The position numbers and the translations under genes were made by a program. The notes beneath the pieces are model-generated. The model was not told the DNA's origin. It worked only from the letters and a program-made list of their open reading frames with translations, and ran no database searches. Positions 43,161 through 53,136 of a DNA stretch of 64,000 nt are shown in pieces (the stretch's first letter is position 1; the number at the start of each line of letters is the position of its first letter). The DNA comes from an uncultured Acidobacteriota bacterium (lineage in GTDB: Bacteria > Acidobacteriota > Vicinamibacteria > Vicinamibacterales > 2-12-FULL-66-21). The stretch is from NCBI GenBank assembly GCA_963749835.1, contig CAVVOD010000003.1:976721-1040720 (forward strand). Reading direction: 5' to 3'.

Positions 43161-44717
43161 TCACCGCGTCTGGCAGGCGTAGCTGGCCGCGTCGGTGATA
43201 CTCCCCTTGCCGTCGTGCATTGCGCGCTGCGGGTACGGGCACAGCGGACGCGCATTCAGAATGCGGCCGTCCGCGCGTTTCTGCGCGATCAGGCGTTCCG
43301 GCGCCCGGCCCTGCTCGACCCATTCAGAAATAGCCGTGAACCAGTCCACGAAGTCGGGACCGGCGCCCCCGCCGCAGTGCAGCACGCCAGGCATCATGAA
43401 GAGCCGCGCGTAGTCGCGGAGTCCCGGATCCCGGACCTGCATCTGATCGTAGTAGGCGATCGTCGAGAGCGGGTTCAGCGCGGGATCCGCCCAGCCGTGC
43501 GACAGGATCAGCTTGCCTCGTCTCGCCTTGAACTTACTCAGATCGGGATCAACGGCGTTCAGGTATCTGGCGACGTCGGCCGTGTCCTTGCGCCAGTTGG
43601 CGAGGTCGTACGTGGCGTAATCCCAATCCTCGCGTCCCAGCGCCAGGTACTTGAAGAAGTGCGTGCCAAAGGCATGTTCCAGGCTGGGTGGCCCCCCGGC
43701 CGTCTCGGCGAACGCATTCATGCCCGTCACCCACGGTTGCCAGCCGCCGTCTTGCCCCTCCCCTCCGAAGGGCTGACCGGGATAGATCGTCGTGCCCTGG
43801 CTGAGGGTGGGGGAATAGACCCGTGCGATCGCCGCCCGTTGAGTTTTCGTCACGCACCCGGCGCTTGCCTTCTCTCCCGCGCACGCCGGCAGGTCGGCGA
43901 TGTTGAAGCGGCATTCGCGCGGATCGTCGAGCACGCTGTCCTTCACCTCGTCGCGAGCGTCGCAGGCCTCGAGCACCTTCGATTCGAGCAGCCGCAGGTT
44001 GTCCGAAGAGATCGCCGCCGCGTGCAGCGCCTTCGGATCCGGATACACAGCCTGCGTGTTCTTCACGAACGACGCGGCGATGTTCGTGAAGTCCAGCGCG
44101 GGCGCGCACGAGACGATACCGTCGAAGTCGGCCGGAAATCGCTGGGCCTCCATCAGCGCCTGGCGACCGCCATTCGAGCAACCGTAGAAATACGAGTACT
44201 TCGCGTCGACGCCGTAGTAGGCCTTGACGACGGCCTTCGCGATCTCCGATGTCCGATGGATCGCGAGATACCCATAGTTGATTTGCCGCTCACGGTTGCC
44301 CAGGGCCCAGCGTGCGTCCATTCCGTCCGCCTCGTGCCCGGTGTCGGTGCCGACGGTGGCGTAACCGAAGTTGACGCTGGAGATCGCCATGTTTTCGACA
44401 CTGCCGACAAAGCCGCCGCCACCGCCGGCAAAGAGCCGCTCATTCCAGCGGTCCGGCAGAAGCTCCGTGAATCGAATCTCCCTGTCGATGACGCCCGACA
44501 CCCGGCAGTGCGGCGCCCTGACGTTCCCGGTTTCGCTGGCCGCGACGGCAACCGCCTCGGTGATTCTCGCGCTGGTCAGCCGCAGGGTCGTGAGCGATGC
44601 ACAGTCCACGTGCGCCGACGGGGCGCTGCCGGCCTGCGCGAATGAAACGGGATCGGAGCTCGAGAGACCGGCGACGCTGAAGCACAACGCCGCAACCAGG
44701 CGCGGATGAAGCAACAT
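43161..44717 (-). CDS. Secreted tannase/feruloyl-esterase family hydrolase
   Basis: ATG at 44717 (MLLHPRLVAALCFSVAGLSSS). Family motifs VGTDTGH, YFYGCSNGGRQALMEAQRFPADFDGIVSCAPA, HGWADP and PGVLHCGGG. Confidence 0.85.
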   Translation of the reverse strand: MLLHPRLVAALCFSVAGLSSSDPVSFAQAGSAPSAHVDCASLTTLRLTSARITEAVAVAASETGNVRAPHCRVSGVIDREIRFTELLPDRWNERLFAGGGGGFVGSVENMAISSVNFGYATVGTDTGHEADGMDARWALGNRERQINYGYLAIHRTSEIAKAVVKAYYGVDAKYSYFYGCSNGGRQALMEAQRFPADFDGIVSCAPALDFTNIAASFVKNTQAVYPDPKALHAAAISSDNLRLLESKVLEACDARDEVKDSVLDDPRECRFNIADLPACAGEKASAGCVTKTQRAAIARVYSPTLSQGTTIYPGQPFGGEGQDGGWQPWVTGMNAFAETAGGPPSLEHAFGTHFFKYLALGREDWDYATYDLANWRKDTADVARYLNAVDPDLSKFKARRGKLILSHGWADPALNPLSTIAYYDQMQVRDPGLRDYARLFMMPGVLHCGGGAGPDFVDWFTAISEWVEQGRAPERLIAQKRADGRILNARPLCPYPQRAMHDGKGSITDAASYACQTR

Positions 44718-44782
44718 CACTGACTCCTCCACTCCGAGGCACGCGTGAGGGAACCGCGATCAGGCGGGTCGGAAGACAGGTT

Positions 44783-45022
44783 CTACTCTGGAGGCGTGTG
44801 CGAGAACCGCGCTCCCCGGTTGTCGGCCCGGTCCGTCTTGCGCCGTTCAGCGATGGTCCACGTTTCTCCGCAGGCCCCGCAGACGAGATACACGACGCTG
44901 CGTCCCAGCGTGTCGGCCCTGGCCGCGACCGCATTGCACTTCGGGCAGGACAGGAACCGGTCGACGTCACCGACGACGTTACGTGCGCTGTCCATGGCGT
45001 GCCCACGATGCCACAACATCAA
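44783..45022 (-). CDS. Small hypothetical protein with CPxC...CGxC zinc-ribbon-like motif
   Basis: 79-aa ORF (alternative start at 44995). Contains LSCPKCNAVAARADTLGRSVVYLVCGACGETWTI. No recognisable family. Confidence 0.4.
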   Translation of the reverse strand: MMLWHRGHAMDSARNVVGDVDRFLSCPKCNAVAARADTLGRSVVYLVCGACGETWTIAERRKTDRADNRGARFSHTPPE

Positions 45023-45040
45023 GCGGTATGCAATTGGGGC

Positions 45041-45112
45041 TAGCTCTCAGCTCTCAGCTTTCAGCTCCGCCCGGATGTCGAACTGATAGCTGACAGCTGA
45101 CACCTGATAGCT
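45041..45112. repeat. Inverted heptanucleotide arrays of the GCTGAxA family (CTCTCAG)n ... (ATAGCTG/ACAGCTG)n
   Basis: tagctctcag ctctcag ctttcag ctccgcc cggatgt cgaactg atagctg acagctg acacctg atagctg. The arms are imperfectly complementary. Confidence 0.85.
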
Positions 45113-45213
45113 GGCGGGTGAGGCAGGCCGCCACGAGCTCATGCTTGGAGGCGTAATGGGCGTAGAGCGAGCCTTGGCGATGCCGGCCGCGTCGATGACC
45201 CCCTGGATACGTT

Positions 45214-45245
45214 CTACGTGCTACGTGCTACGTGCTACGTGCTAC
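45214..45245. repeat. Heptanucleotide array (CTACGTG)x4
   Basis: ctacgtg x4 then ctac. The stop codon and last codons of the antiporter reading frame (..GST*) lie inside it. Confidence 0.9.
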
Positions 45246-46800
45246 CGTCCTCTTTCCCGCCGCCGGACATTTCGATCCAGTCCAGTTCCTCTTCCATCTG
45301 GTGAAACGCATCGTCGCCGATCTCGTCGCTCGCGCGCATGGCGAGCACAGCCTGGCGCGCGGCCTGAAGTGCCCGGCGGTGAAGGTTGCGGTGGGCGGAC
45401 CGGCTGGCTTCTCCCTGTTCAGAATTGGCATCTACGGATCCCAGGTGCGCGATGAATTCCTGCCGGACCGCCTCGCCGAGCGGCGATCGGTCATGCTCCA
45501 GACCGGCGAGCCCGGCACGCAGGGCGCGCTCACGCGCCGCGGCGACTTCGTGTCCGACCGGGTCGTCGTCACGCAGGTCGAGCGCACGCAGCAGCGGTCC
45601 GAGTGTGAGCCCCTGCAGCGCGAGCGTGCCGAGCACGACGAAGAACGCGGTCAGCACGATCAAGTCGCGGAACGGAAAATCCGTAGGCAACGCCAGGGCT
45701 GCCGCCAGCGTGACGATGCCGCGCATGCCGGACCACGAGATGACCAGACCGCTGCCAACCGAAGGGCGCAGCATGGGGCGTGGTGGATGAAACCCGAACC
45801 GGCGTTCCCGCCACCTGACGACCGCATTGAAGGACATGTGCCAGGCGATCCGGACGACGATGACAGTCAGGAGGACTGCGCCGGCGACGGCAAAATATCG
45901 CCCGCGGGCCGCCGGCTCGAGGCTCTCCAGAATCGGGCGGATCTGCAGGCCGATGAAGATGAAGGCCAGCACGTTCAGCACGAAGACCACCGTCTCCCAC
46001 ACGGCGTATGACGGTATGCGTATCCGCGCCGGGGTGCGCTCGGGCGCCGTCCGCGCCACGGTGATGGCGAAGCACACCATGGTGAGCACGCCTGACAGAC
46101 CAATCCGGTCGGCCAGGATCCAGACGCCGAACGTGCTGACGAACTGAAGAATGATCGCCGTCGGCACGTCGCTGCACACGGTCGGCTCAACCGCTGCGAA
46201 AGCCACGCCGAGCAGCCGGGCCGACAACCACGCTGCCGGCCACGGCGAACAGGAACGTCGGCGCAACCGCTCCGATGGAAAAGCCGTTGGCGGCGACGGC
46301 TCCCACGGCGAGGCGATAGATCAGCAGCGCGCTGGCGTCGTTCAGCAGGCTCTCGCCTTCGAGGATCGTCAGGATGCGATGCGGTGGTCTCAACGTGACG
46401 CAGCACGGCGGTCGCGGCCGCGGCGTCGGGCGGTGCGACGACGGCGCCGAGCGCGATCGCCGGCGCCCAGGGCATGTCGGGCATCAGCGCGCGCGCCACC
46501 ACGGCGACGGCGATGGTGGTGAGGCCCACGGCAAACACGACCAGGCCGGTGACGGGCGCCCAGTTGTCCTTGAGATCTCGCGGCGATGCGTCGTACGCCG
46601 CATCGAGCAGTATCGGGCGCCACGAAGAGCGCCAGGGCGAGCTCGGGCAGCACGGTGAACGTCGGCGCGCCCGGCACAAACGCGAGGATCGCCCCGCCGA
46701 GCGCGAGAAACACCGGATAGGGTGCACCAACGCGCCGCGCCGCGGCCGCCAGAAGCAGGGCGGCGAGGATCAGGCCAATGAGGGCTTCGAGTTCTCTCAT
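45235..46800 (-). pseudogene. Na+/H+ antiporter (CPA1/NhaP-type) interrupted by three apparent frameshifts
   Basis: Homologous sequence runs through four ORF-track frames. 46390..46800: MRELEALIGLILAALLLAAAARRVGAPYPVFLALGG..LFVAP. 45975..46730: ILLDAAYDASPRDLKDNWAPVTGLVVFAVGL..AVLRHV. 46187..46393: RPPHRILTILEGESLLNDASALLIYRL. 45235..46266: ..RLLGVAFAAV..SWSGMRGIVTLAAALALP... Switch points are near 46616 (GGG run), 46393 and 46220. Confidence 0.8.
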
Positions 46801-46879
46801 GTCACCGCGTTGGCGACGATTCTAGAGTTGACGTTCAGCGTTCTGGCTCGTCGACTGCTGCCAGTTCTCGCGATCCAAG

Positions 46880-47869
46880 TCAGTGCTGATAGATGATCGC
46901 GACGAGCACGCTCGTCAACACCGCGGCGCAGACTCCAGTCAGCGCGACCAGTCCGCTCGCGATCCGGAAGTCCCCTTCCGTTGCGAGAGGTGGATCGTGC
47001 GGATCACCGATCCAGACATCGGTCACCAGGCGTCCACCGTTCCAGATGGGGCCAACCAGGCGTCGCTCGATCGCGCCGGCCGTGGCGGCTTCGCTCCAGC
47101 CGGCGTTCGGACCGGGCACTATGGCGTGATGGGCAAAGCCCACGCGGAGCGCCTTCCCCCCGGAGCAGCGGGGCAGGATGACCGCGACGCCGGCGATGAG
47201 GAGCCAGGTCAATCGCGCCGGAGTGTAGTTGAGCAGGTCGTCGAGCCTGGCGCCACACCACCCGAATCGCAGGTACCGTTCCGTTTTGTAGCCGACCATG
47301 GAATCCATGGTGCTTGCCACCTTGAACAGAATGATCCCTGGAACGCCTGCCAGGGCGTACCAGAACAGCGGGCTCGTGAAACCGTCCGTCAGGCTCTCAC
47401 TGAGACTCTCGACGGCCGCACGCCGACACGCGGCCGCGTCGAGGGCTTCCGTGTCCCGGCCGACCAGCAACGACACTGACAGCCGCGCCGCTTGCAGATC
47501 GTCGCGACGAAGCGCTCGCTCGATCCGCCAGGCATGACGCAGAAGGTCGCCGAGCGCAAGGAGGCTGTACAGCACGAACAGGTGCGCCGCCCAGCCCAGT
47601 CGGGCATCAAATCCTGCGACGCCCACGAGGCCGATCGACAGTCCGCCGACCCAGAGGGCAGCGAGCATCAGGAACAGCAGGATGCCGCCGCCATAGCCGT
47701 TCGCCCCGATTGCCCGCAGCCTCGCCTCGATCGCCTGAAGCGAACGTCCGATCAAGCGGACGGGATGCGCGCGATACACGGGGTCACCAAACGCCAGATC
47801 GAGCACGACGGCGGCAATCAGCGCGTACGCGTTCGGCGCAAGCATCGCGGGCGTCAGCGCGAGCGCCAT
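46880..47869 (-). CDS. cbiB: Adenosylcobinamide-phosphate synthase
   Basis: ATG at 47869 gives MALALTPAMLAPNAYALIAAVVLDLAFGDPVYRAHPVRLIG. Later FTSPLFWYALAGVPGIILFKVASTMDSMVGYK. Typical CbiB/CobD. Confidence 0.85.
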   Translation of the reverse strand: MALALTPAMLAPNAYALIAAVVLDLAFGDPVYRAHPVRLIGRSLQAIEARLRAIGANGYGGGILLFLMLAALWVGGLSIGLVGVAGFDARLGWAAHLFVLYSLLALGDLLRHAWRIERALRRDDLQAARLSVSLLVGRDTEALDAAACRRAAVESLSESLTDGFTSPLFWYALAGVPGIILFKVASTMDSMVGYKTERYLRFGWCGARLDDLLNYTPARLTWLLIAGVAVILPRCSGGKALRVGFAHHAIVPGPNAGWSEAATAGAIERRLVGPIWNGGRLVTDVWIGDPHDPPLATEGDFRIASGLVALTGVCAAVLTSVLVAIIYQH

Positions 47870-48988
47870 TTTTCCGACCAGCCGAGCGCGACTGCGGAAA
47901 GGATCAGGCTCTTGGTGTCGCCCGCGGCGCCGTCGTGAAGCCGGGCGCGAAATTCCGGCCATCGATCCGGACGCGCGGCGACGTTGACGGCGAGTGTGGC
48001 CGCCAGCTGGACGGCGGCGTCACGCGCAGCCGACACAGGAAGAGTGCCATGGCGCGTCCGGTCGAGCACGGCCGCCAGTGCGTGGGCCGAGGCTCCGACG
48101 AGCGGTTCGTACGTGACGGCCTTCGAGTTCCTGCGCAGCAGTTCGAGATTGGGGGCATCGAGCAGGGGCGTCATGTCGTCGATGAACGTCGCCTCGGCCA
48201 CGCCGTAGCGTCCGAGCGCGTGAAAGAGCCCGCGCGTATAGCTCGCCTCGAGCCCGTTCTGCCAGCGCAGTGCCTCCTGCGTGGCGGTGCGCACCGCCCG
48301 GCCGATCAGCTCCCCCAGCTTCACGTGCGGACCTGCCGAGGTGAGCGGCGGCCCGCCGGCCGCTGTCGCCGCGATGCAGTACTGGTCGGTGCCTGTCCCC
48401 GTTGCAGAGATCGCTCGACTGACGGCTGGGCACGGCGAGCCGTTGAAGGGCGGCACTCTTGCCTTCGGTCATCGTCATCACCGCGCGGGCGAGCGCGGCG
48501 AGGGTGACGGGCTTGTCGATCAGAAGCATCGTGTTGACGGTGCCGGCGTACTCCGCGACCTTCTCGATGGCGGACCCCGTCTCACGCCAGCGAGCGGAAT
48601 CGCCGGCGCAGGTCGCGTTCGAGTCGACGCCTCCTGTGACCACGGCCGTCACGCTCAGCGCGAGATCCGTTTCCGTGGCAACGGCGGCGTAGTTCATGTT
48701 GGCCGCGGTTCCCATCATGGCGGTCGCGTCAGTCGGCAGGGACGCCTCGTCACAGACGCGGCGGTGGTACTCGTCGTGGCCGATCTCCGCAATCACACGA
48801 TGCAGCTCGTGGTGTCCTGCGCCTTCGCAGCTCTGATGATTCAGGAGATAACGGACGCGATCGGATTGCCCGCCGTTCTGAACGGAGGTGCTCATGACAG
48901 TGGCCGGGCCCGTGAGCTCCGCGACGAGGAACCGTCCCTGACGGCGCACGACGAACCCGGGCCGCTCGATCAGGATCTCCCAGCTCAC
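47854..48988 (-). pseudogene. cbiZ: Adenosylcobinamide amidohydrolase with one apparent frameshift
   Basis: N-terminal frame (48020..48988) reads VMSTSVQNGG...MMGTAANMNYA...VVTGGVDSNATCAGD...GTVNTMLLIDKPVT...TEGKSAALQRLAVPS. Continuation ISATGTGTDQYCIAA... is in the 47854..48456 frame. Switch is near 48405-48430. GTGA overlap with cobQ. Confidence 0.7.
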
Positions 48989-50405
48989 GATCGAACCTCA
49001 GTGAGCCCGAGCTGCGAAAGGTGACGACCGTGGCATTCGAACCAGTCCGCCAGTCGCGCGTAGTGCGCGGCCTTCGGCACGACCGAAGGCGGCGGCACGC
49101 GGAAGATCTCGGCACAGACGTCGGGATTCTCGAGAGCGCCATGGAGGTAGGTGCCGACGACTCCGGGCAGCCGCGCACCCTCGGCTCCTCCCTCCTCGAA
49201 ATGTGCAAAGGCGCCGGCGGGACCTTCGGCCTCCGTAACGCCCATGTGGATTTCATACGCCGTGAATCGCGTCCCTTCAGGCGTGACGGCCGTCCTCACC
49301 CGTGTGGTCTTTGCGCTTCCGATGACCGTCGCAACCGGCAGCAGGGCGAGGCCGGGCGCGAAGCGGAGGTCCGACTCAACGCCGAGCGGATCGTGAATGC
49401 GGCGGCCGAGCATCTGAAAGCCGCCGCACACCCCCACGATCGTGGCGCCGCGGCGGTGTTGCGCGAGGATCCAGTCGGCCAGGCCCGATGCCCGCAGCCA
49501 GAGCAGGTCCGCGATCGTGCTCTTGGTGCCTGGCAGGATGATGAAGTCGTAATCGACCGCGTGCCGGTGAGGTCACCCAGTCGGCCCAGTCGAGCAGCCG
49601 GAAGTCGGTGGCATTCGACAGGCAGGGAAAGCCGGACGATCGCCAGCCGCGCATCGCGCGGCGCAAGGGATTTCGGCGCGGTCGCGACAGACAGGCTGTC
49701 TTCCGCATCCAGGGTGATGTCTGTCGCGAACGGAAAGACGCCAAAGCAGGGGGATGCCGTCCGCTCCTCGAGCAGGCGCACGCCCTCGTCGAAGAGCGAC
49801 ATGTCACCCCGGAACTTGTTGATCGCAAATCCCCGGAACAGCGCCCGCTCCTCAGGCTCCAGAAGCCCCACGGTCCCGAGAATCGACGCGAACACGCCGC
49901 CCCGCTCGATGTCCGCCACGAGCAGCCAGGGCGCCTCGATGGCCGTGACCAGCCCGAGATTCGCGAGGTCCACGCTCCTGAGGTTGAGCTCGGTGACGCT
50001 GCCGGCGCCTTCGATGACGATGACGTCGAAACGCCGCGCGAGGTCGTCGTACGCGGCGCGGACGTGCGTGCGGAGCTCGTCCGCGTATCCGTAATAGCCT
50101 CTGGCCGGGAGCGTCTTCCACGGTCGCCCGTTGACAATCACCTGGCAGTGGCCGCCGCCCGGCTTGAGCAGGATCGGATTCATCGCGGGCTCCGGTTCCA
50201 GGCCGCAGGCCTCCGCCTGCGCTACCTGGGCACGCCCAATCTCCCCACCGGTGCGACAGGGATACGAATGATTCGACATGTTCTGCGCTTTGAAGGGAGC
50301 CACGGCCACGCCCTGGCGGCGCAACCACGCGCAGATCGCCGTCACCATCCAGCTCTTGCCGGCGTTGGAGGACGTGCCGCCGATGAACAACGGTCGCGCA
50401 GCCAT
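48985..50405 (-). pseudogene. cobQ: Cobyric acid synthase with two apparent frameshifts
   Basis: The ORF-track frame 49296..50507 (gene start ATG at 50405) reads MAARPLFIGGTSSNAGKSWMVTAICAWL...KAQNMSN...ILLKP...VIVIEGAGS...LLVADIERGGVFA. It fails after LAIVRL at an AAA/TTT run near 49628-49630 (expected PCLSNATDFRLLDW is in a second frame). A second switch near 49560 leads into AVDYDFIILPGTKSTIADLL...VGVCGGFQMLG (frame of 48985..49437). Confidence 0.8.
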
Positions 50406-50406
50406 A

Positions 50407-51387
50407 TCAGCTTCGCTGCCGGACCAGCCACACGAGATACGGTCCGCCGATACATGCCGTGATTGCGCCTGCTGGAATTTCCGCTGGCGCCAGCAGCACG
50501 CGGCCAAGCGCGTCGCATGACGCGAGCAGCACGCCGCCGAGGAAGAAGGCGCACGGCATCAGCACACGGTCATCGGCGCTCACGCGCAGGCGAACCAGGT
50601 GCGGCACCAGGAGACCGATGAAACCGATCGGCCCTGTCACTGCGACGGTGAGCGCGGACAGCACCGAGCCTGCCAGATAGCCGCAACGCAGGAGCCACCG
50701 CACGTCAGCGCCACGTGTGCCTGCCCACGCCTCGCCGACCGACAGCAGGTTCCAGTCCCTGCCCTGACGGACGATCGCGGTGGCCAGCAGCGTGACGATC
50801 GCCATGAAGGCGAGCAGCGGCCGGTAGTCGATCGCGTCCAGGCTTCCGATCAGCCATCGGGCGATGGAGAACGTCTGCGAAACGCCGGACAGTCCGAGCA
50901 CCAGCAGGATCAGCGCGGAGCAGACGCTGTTGATGGCGACGCCGGCGAGCAACAGCGTGAGCGCCGAGGCGTCGCGCTGCCACGACGTGGCGCCGGTGAC
51001 CAGGACCAGCACGAAGGCGGCGCCGGTCAGGGCGCCGATCCACACACCCCAGACGCCCCCGGCGTGCCAGTTCAATCCGATCGCGACAACCGCGCCGAGG
51101 GACGCGCCCGTTGACACGCCGAGGGTGTAGGGCGTCGCCAGCGTGTCGCGCAGCATGGTCTGGAAGACGCTGCCCGCAAGACCGAGCGCCGCTCCGGCGA
51201 AGAGACCAAGCAGTGTCCGCGACAGCCGGAGGTGAACGAGGATCGACCAGTCCGGGTTCTCGCGCCCCCAGACTCGGGCGAGATCGAGGGGCGAGGGTCC
51301 GACAAACGGCAGCAGGACGGCCGCAAGCGCAAACATCGTCGCCGATCCTGTCACCCAGCCTGTTCGCCCCGATTCGATGCGCGTCAT
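50407..51387 (-). CDS. FecCD/BtuC-family ABC importer permease (importer 2)
   Basis: ATG at 51387 overlaps the upstream stop (ATGA). LRLSRTLLGLFAGAALGLAGSVFQTMLRDTLATPYTLGVSTGASLGAV and GPIGFIGLLVPHLVRL are typical of the family. Confidence 0.85.
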   Translation of the reverse strand: MTRIESGRTGWVTGSATMFALAAVLLPFVGPSPLDLARVWGRENPDWSILVHLRLSRTLLGLFAGAALGLAGSVFQTMLRDTLATPYTLGVSTGASLGAVVAIGLNWHAGGVWGVWIGALTGAAFVLVLVTGATSWQRDASALTLLLAGVAINSVCSALILLVLGLSGVSQTFSIARWLIGSLDAIDYRPLLAFMAIVTLLATAIVRQGRDWNLLSVGEAWAGTRGADVRWLLRCGYLAGSVLSALTVAVTGPIGFIGLLVPHLVRLRVSADDRVLMPCAFFLGGVLLASCDALGRVLLAPAEIPAGAITACIGGPYLVWLVRQRS

Positions 51388-52151
51388 CGGTAGGCGACCC
51401 ACGAACGTCCATGCGGGAGCGCCAGGAGCTGCAGGCGCTGAGAGAACAGCGGCAGCCAGTCGTCGCACTGTGAGGCGGTCTCGACGGCCATGTCGCGCGC
51501 AATGGTGTGATTCGCCAGCACGATGATGCGCGTGCAGAACGTGAGCGCGAGATTCAGGTCGTGGGAGACGGCCAGGCACGCCGCTCCGTGGTCGACGAGC
51601 GCACGAAGCGTCGCAAAGGATTGCAGCTGCTGATCGACGTCGAGGAACGTTGACGGCTCGTCGAGCAGCAGCAGCATCGGCTCCTGCGCAATGCACGCGG
51701 CGAGCAGCACGCGTTGACGCTCGCCGCCGCTCAGCGTGGACAGCCGGCGATAACGGAACCGCAGGCAGTCGCAGTCGCGCATCGCACGTTCGGCGACATC
51801 ACGACCCCTGTCCGACACGCGTCCGCGGTCGCGGTGCGGATAGCGTCCCATCATCACGATCTGCTCGACCGTCATCAGCGATTGCGTGCGGACGGTTTGA
51901 GGCAGATGTCCAATGCGCCGGGCGCGTTCGACCGCCGGCCAGTCCTCGAGCGGACGACCGGCGAGGACCACCGCCCCCGCATCCGGGTGGCGCAGGCCCG
52001 CCAGCAGATCCATCACGGTCGTCTTGCCGGTGCCGTTGCGGCCCATCAGCGCCACGAATTCGCCCGGACCGATATCGAACGTGACGCCATCAACCACGAC
52101 GGACTGTCCCGCGCGCCATGTCAGGTCGCACGCCGTGACGATGGCGCTCAC
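51384..52151 (-). CDS. ABC importer ATP-binding protein (importer 2)
   Basis: Walker A GRNGTGKTT, signature LSGGERQR, Walker B LLLLDEP. Preferred start is the GTG at 52151, overlapping the corrected stop of the upstream binding-protein gene (GTGA). The ATG at 52175 is the alternative. Confidence 0.85.
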   Translation of the reverse strand: MSAIVTACDLTWRAGQSVVVDGVTFDIGPGEFVALMGRNGTGKTTVMDLLAGLRHPDAGAVVLAGRPLEDWPAVERARRIGHLPQTVRTQSLMTVEQIVMMGRYPHRDRGRVSDRGRDVAERAMRDCDCLRFRYRRLSTLSGGERQRVLLAACIAQEPMLLLLDEPSTFLDVDQQLQSFATLRALVDHGAACLAVSHDLNLALTFCTRIIVLANHTIARDMAVETASQCDDWLPLFSQRLQLLALPHGRSWVAYR

Positions 52152-53136
52152 CGGCCGCCCGCCGCATGGAGCCATCCCGCAAGTGTTTCCGCGGCTTCCA
52201 CCACCCGCGGCCCCGGCACGACGAACGCGTCGCTGGTGACGGCGTGCACGGCATTCCTCCGGGCTGCATCAGCAGGGTCTGCTGCCGCCACAGACTCTCA
52301 GTGGCGGTCTGTCGCCGCACGTGCTCGGCGACGGTGTCCCCCATGTCTCCCGCATCCACGATGACGTCGGGATCGAGACGTATGACCGTCTCCATCGAGA
52401 TGCGCGGATAACTCGGTAGCGCCGGATCGCTCAACACATTGAGACCGCCCGCCAGAGTCGCAAGCTCGTCGAGGAATGAGTCGCGACCCACGGCCACGAG
52501 ATCGGTGAGGCTTCCGGGGCTGCGTCCGACGATGATGAGCACCTTCCGGCGAGCTGGTACTCGCGCGGCTGCGCCGACCCGATCGAGCCGGCCTGCGATC
52601 TCCCCCACGAGCGCTTCTGCGCGCGCGTCCACGCCGGCGGCGCGCCCCAGTGCACGGATCATCGAATACACGTCATTGAGCGTCTGCGCGTGCTGGACGG
52701 TGAGCGATCGAACCCCGACGACCGCAAGCTGTCGCGGTATGTCGCTCCCGCCACGGCCGACGATGGCGAGGTCCGGACGAAGGCGCGCGATGATCTCGGT
52801 ATTCGGACGTAGAAATGTCCCGACCTTCGGCAGGGACTGCGTCGCATCCGGGTACCGGCAGTAAGTAGACACGCCGACCACGCGGTCTCCGAGGCCGAGT
52901 GCGAACAGCACCTCGGTGATGCCCGGGGACGTCGAGACGATTCGCGCCGGAGGTTTCACGCTCGCGGCTGCCGTCAGGCCGAAGAGACACGCGATGAGCA
53001 CCGCGGACGACATCCGCGAATCACGCTTCCCGAATCGAGAGCCCGCGTTGTCTCCCGGCTGAAGCCGGACGCCACTGGGCCGCCGAGCCTCCCACCAGGA
53101 AGCGGCCATGGCGAGGGCGCGAGTCAGCTTCATCAC
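52148..53136 (-). pseudogene. BtuF-like periplasmic binding protein (importer 2) with one apparent frameshift near the 3' end
   Basis: IVSTSPGITEVLFALGLGDRVVGVSTYCRYP...RPDLAIV... is intact to ..ESLWRQQTLL. The expected tail NAVHAVTSDAFVVPGPRVVEAAETLAGWLHAAGGR* is in the adjacent frame. Switch is near 52255-52265. Confidence 0.7.

Noticed and set aside
45232-46011. 259-aa plus-strand ORF and other plus-strand ORFs across 45.2-46.9 kb
   Set aside because: They are antisense to the clearly homologous (though frame-broken) Na+/H+ antiporter and have no motifs of their own.
45235-50405. Programmed ribosomal frameshifting as an explanation for the frame switches
   Set aside because: There are about ten events in eight unrelated genes, with no shared slippery heptamer or downstream structure. 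Indels, whether real or technical, are the simpler explanation.
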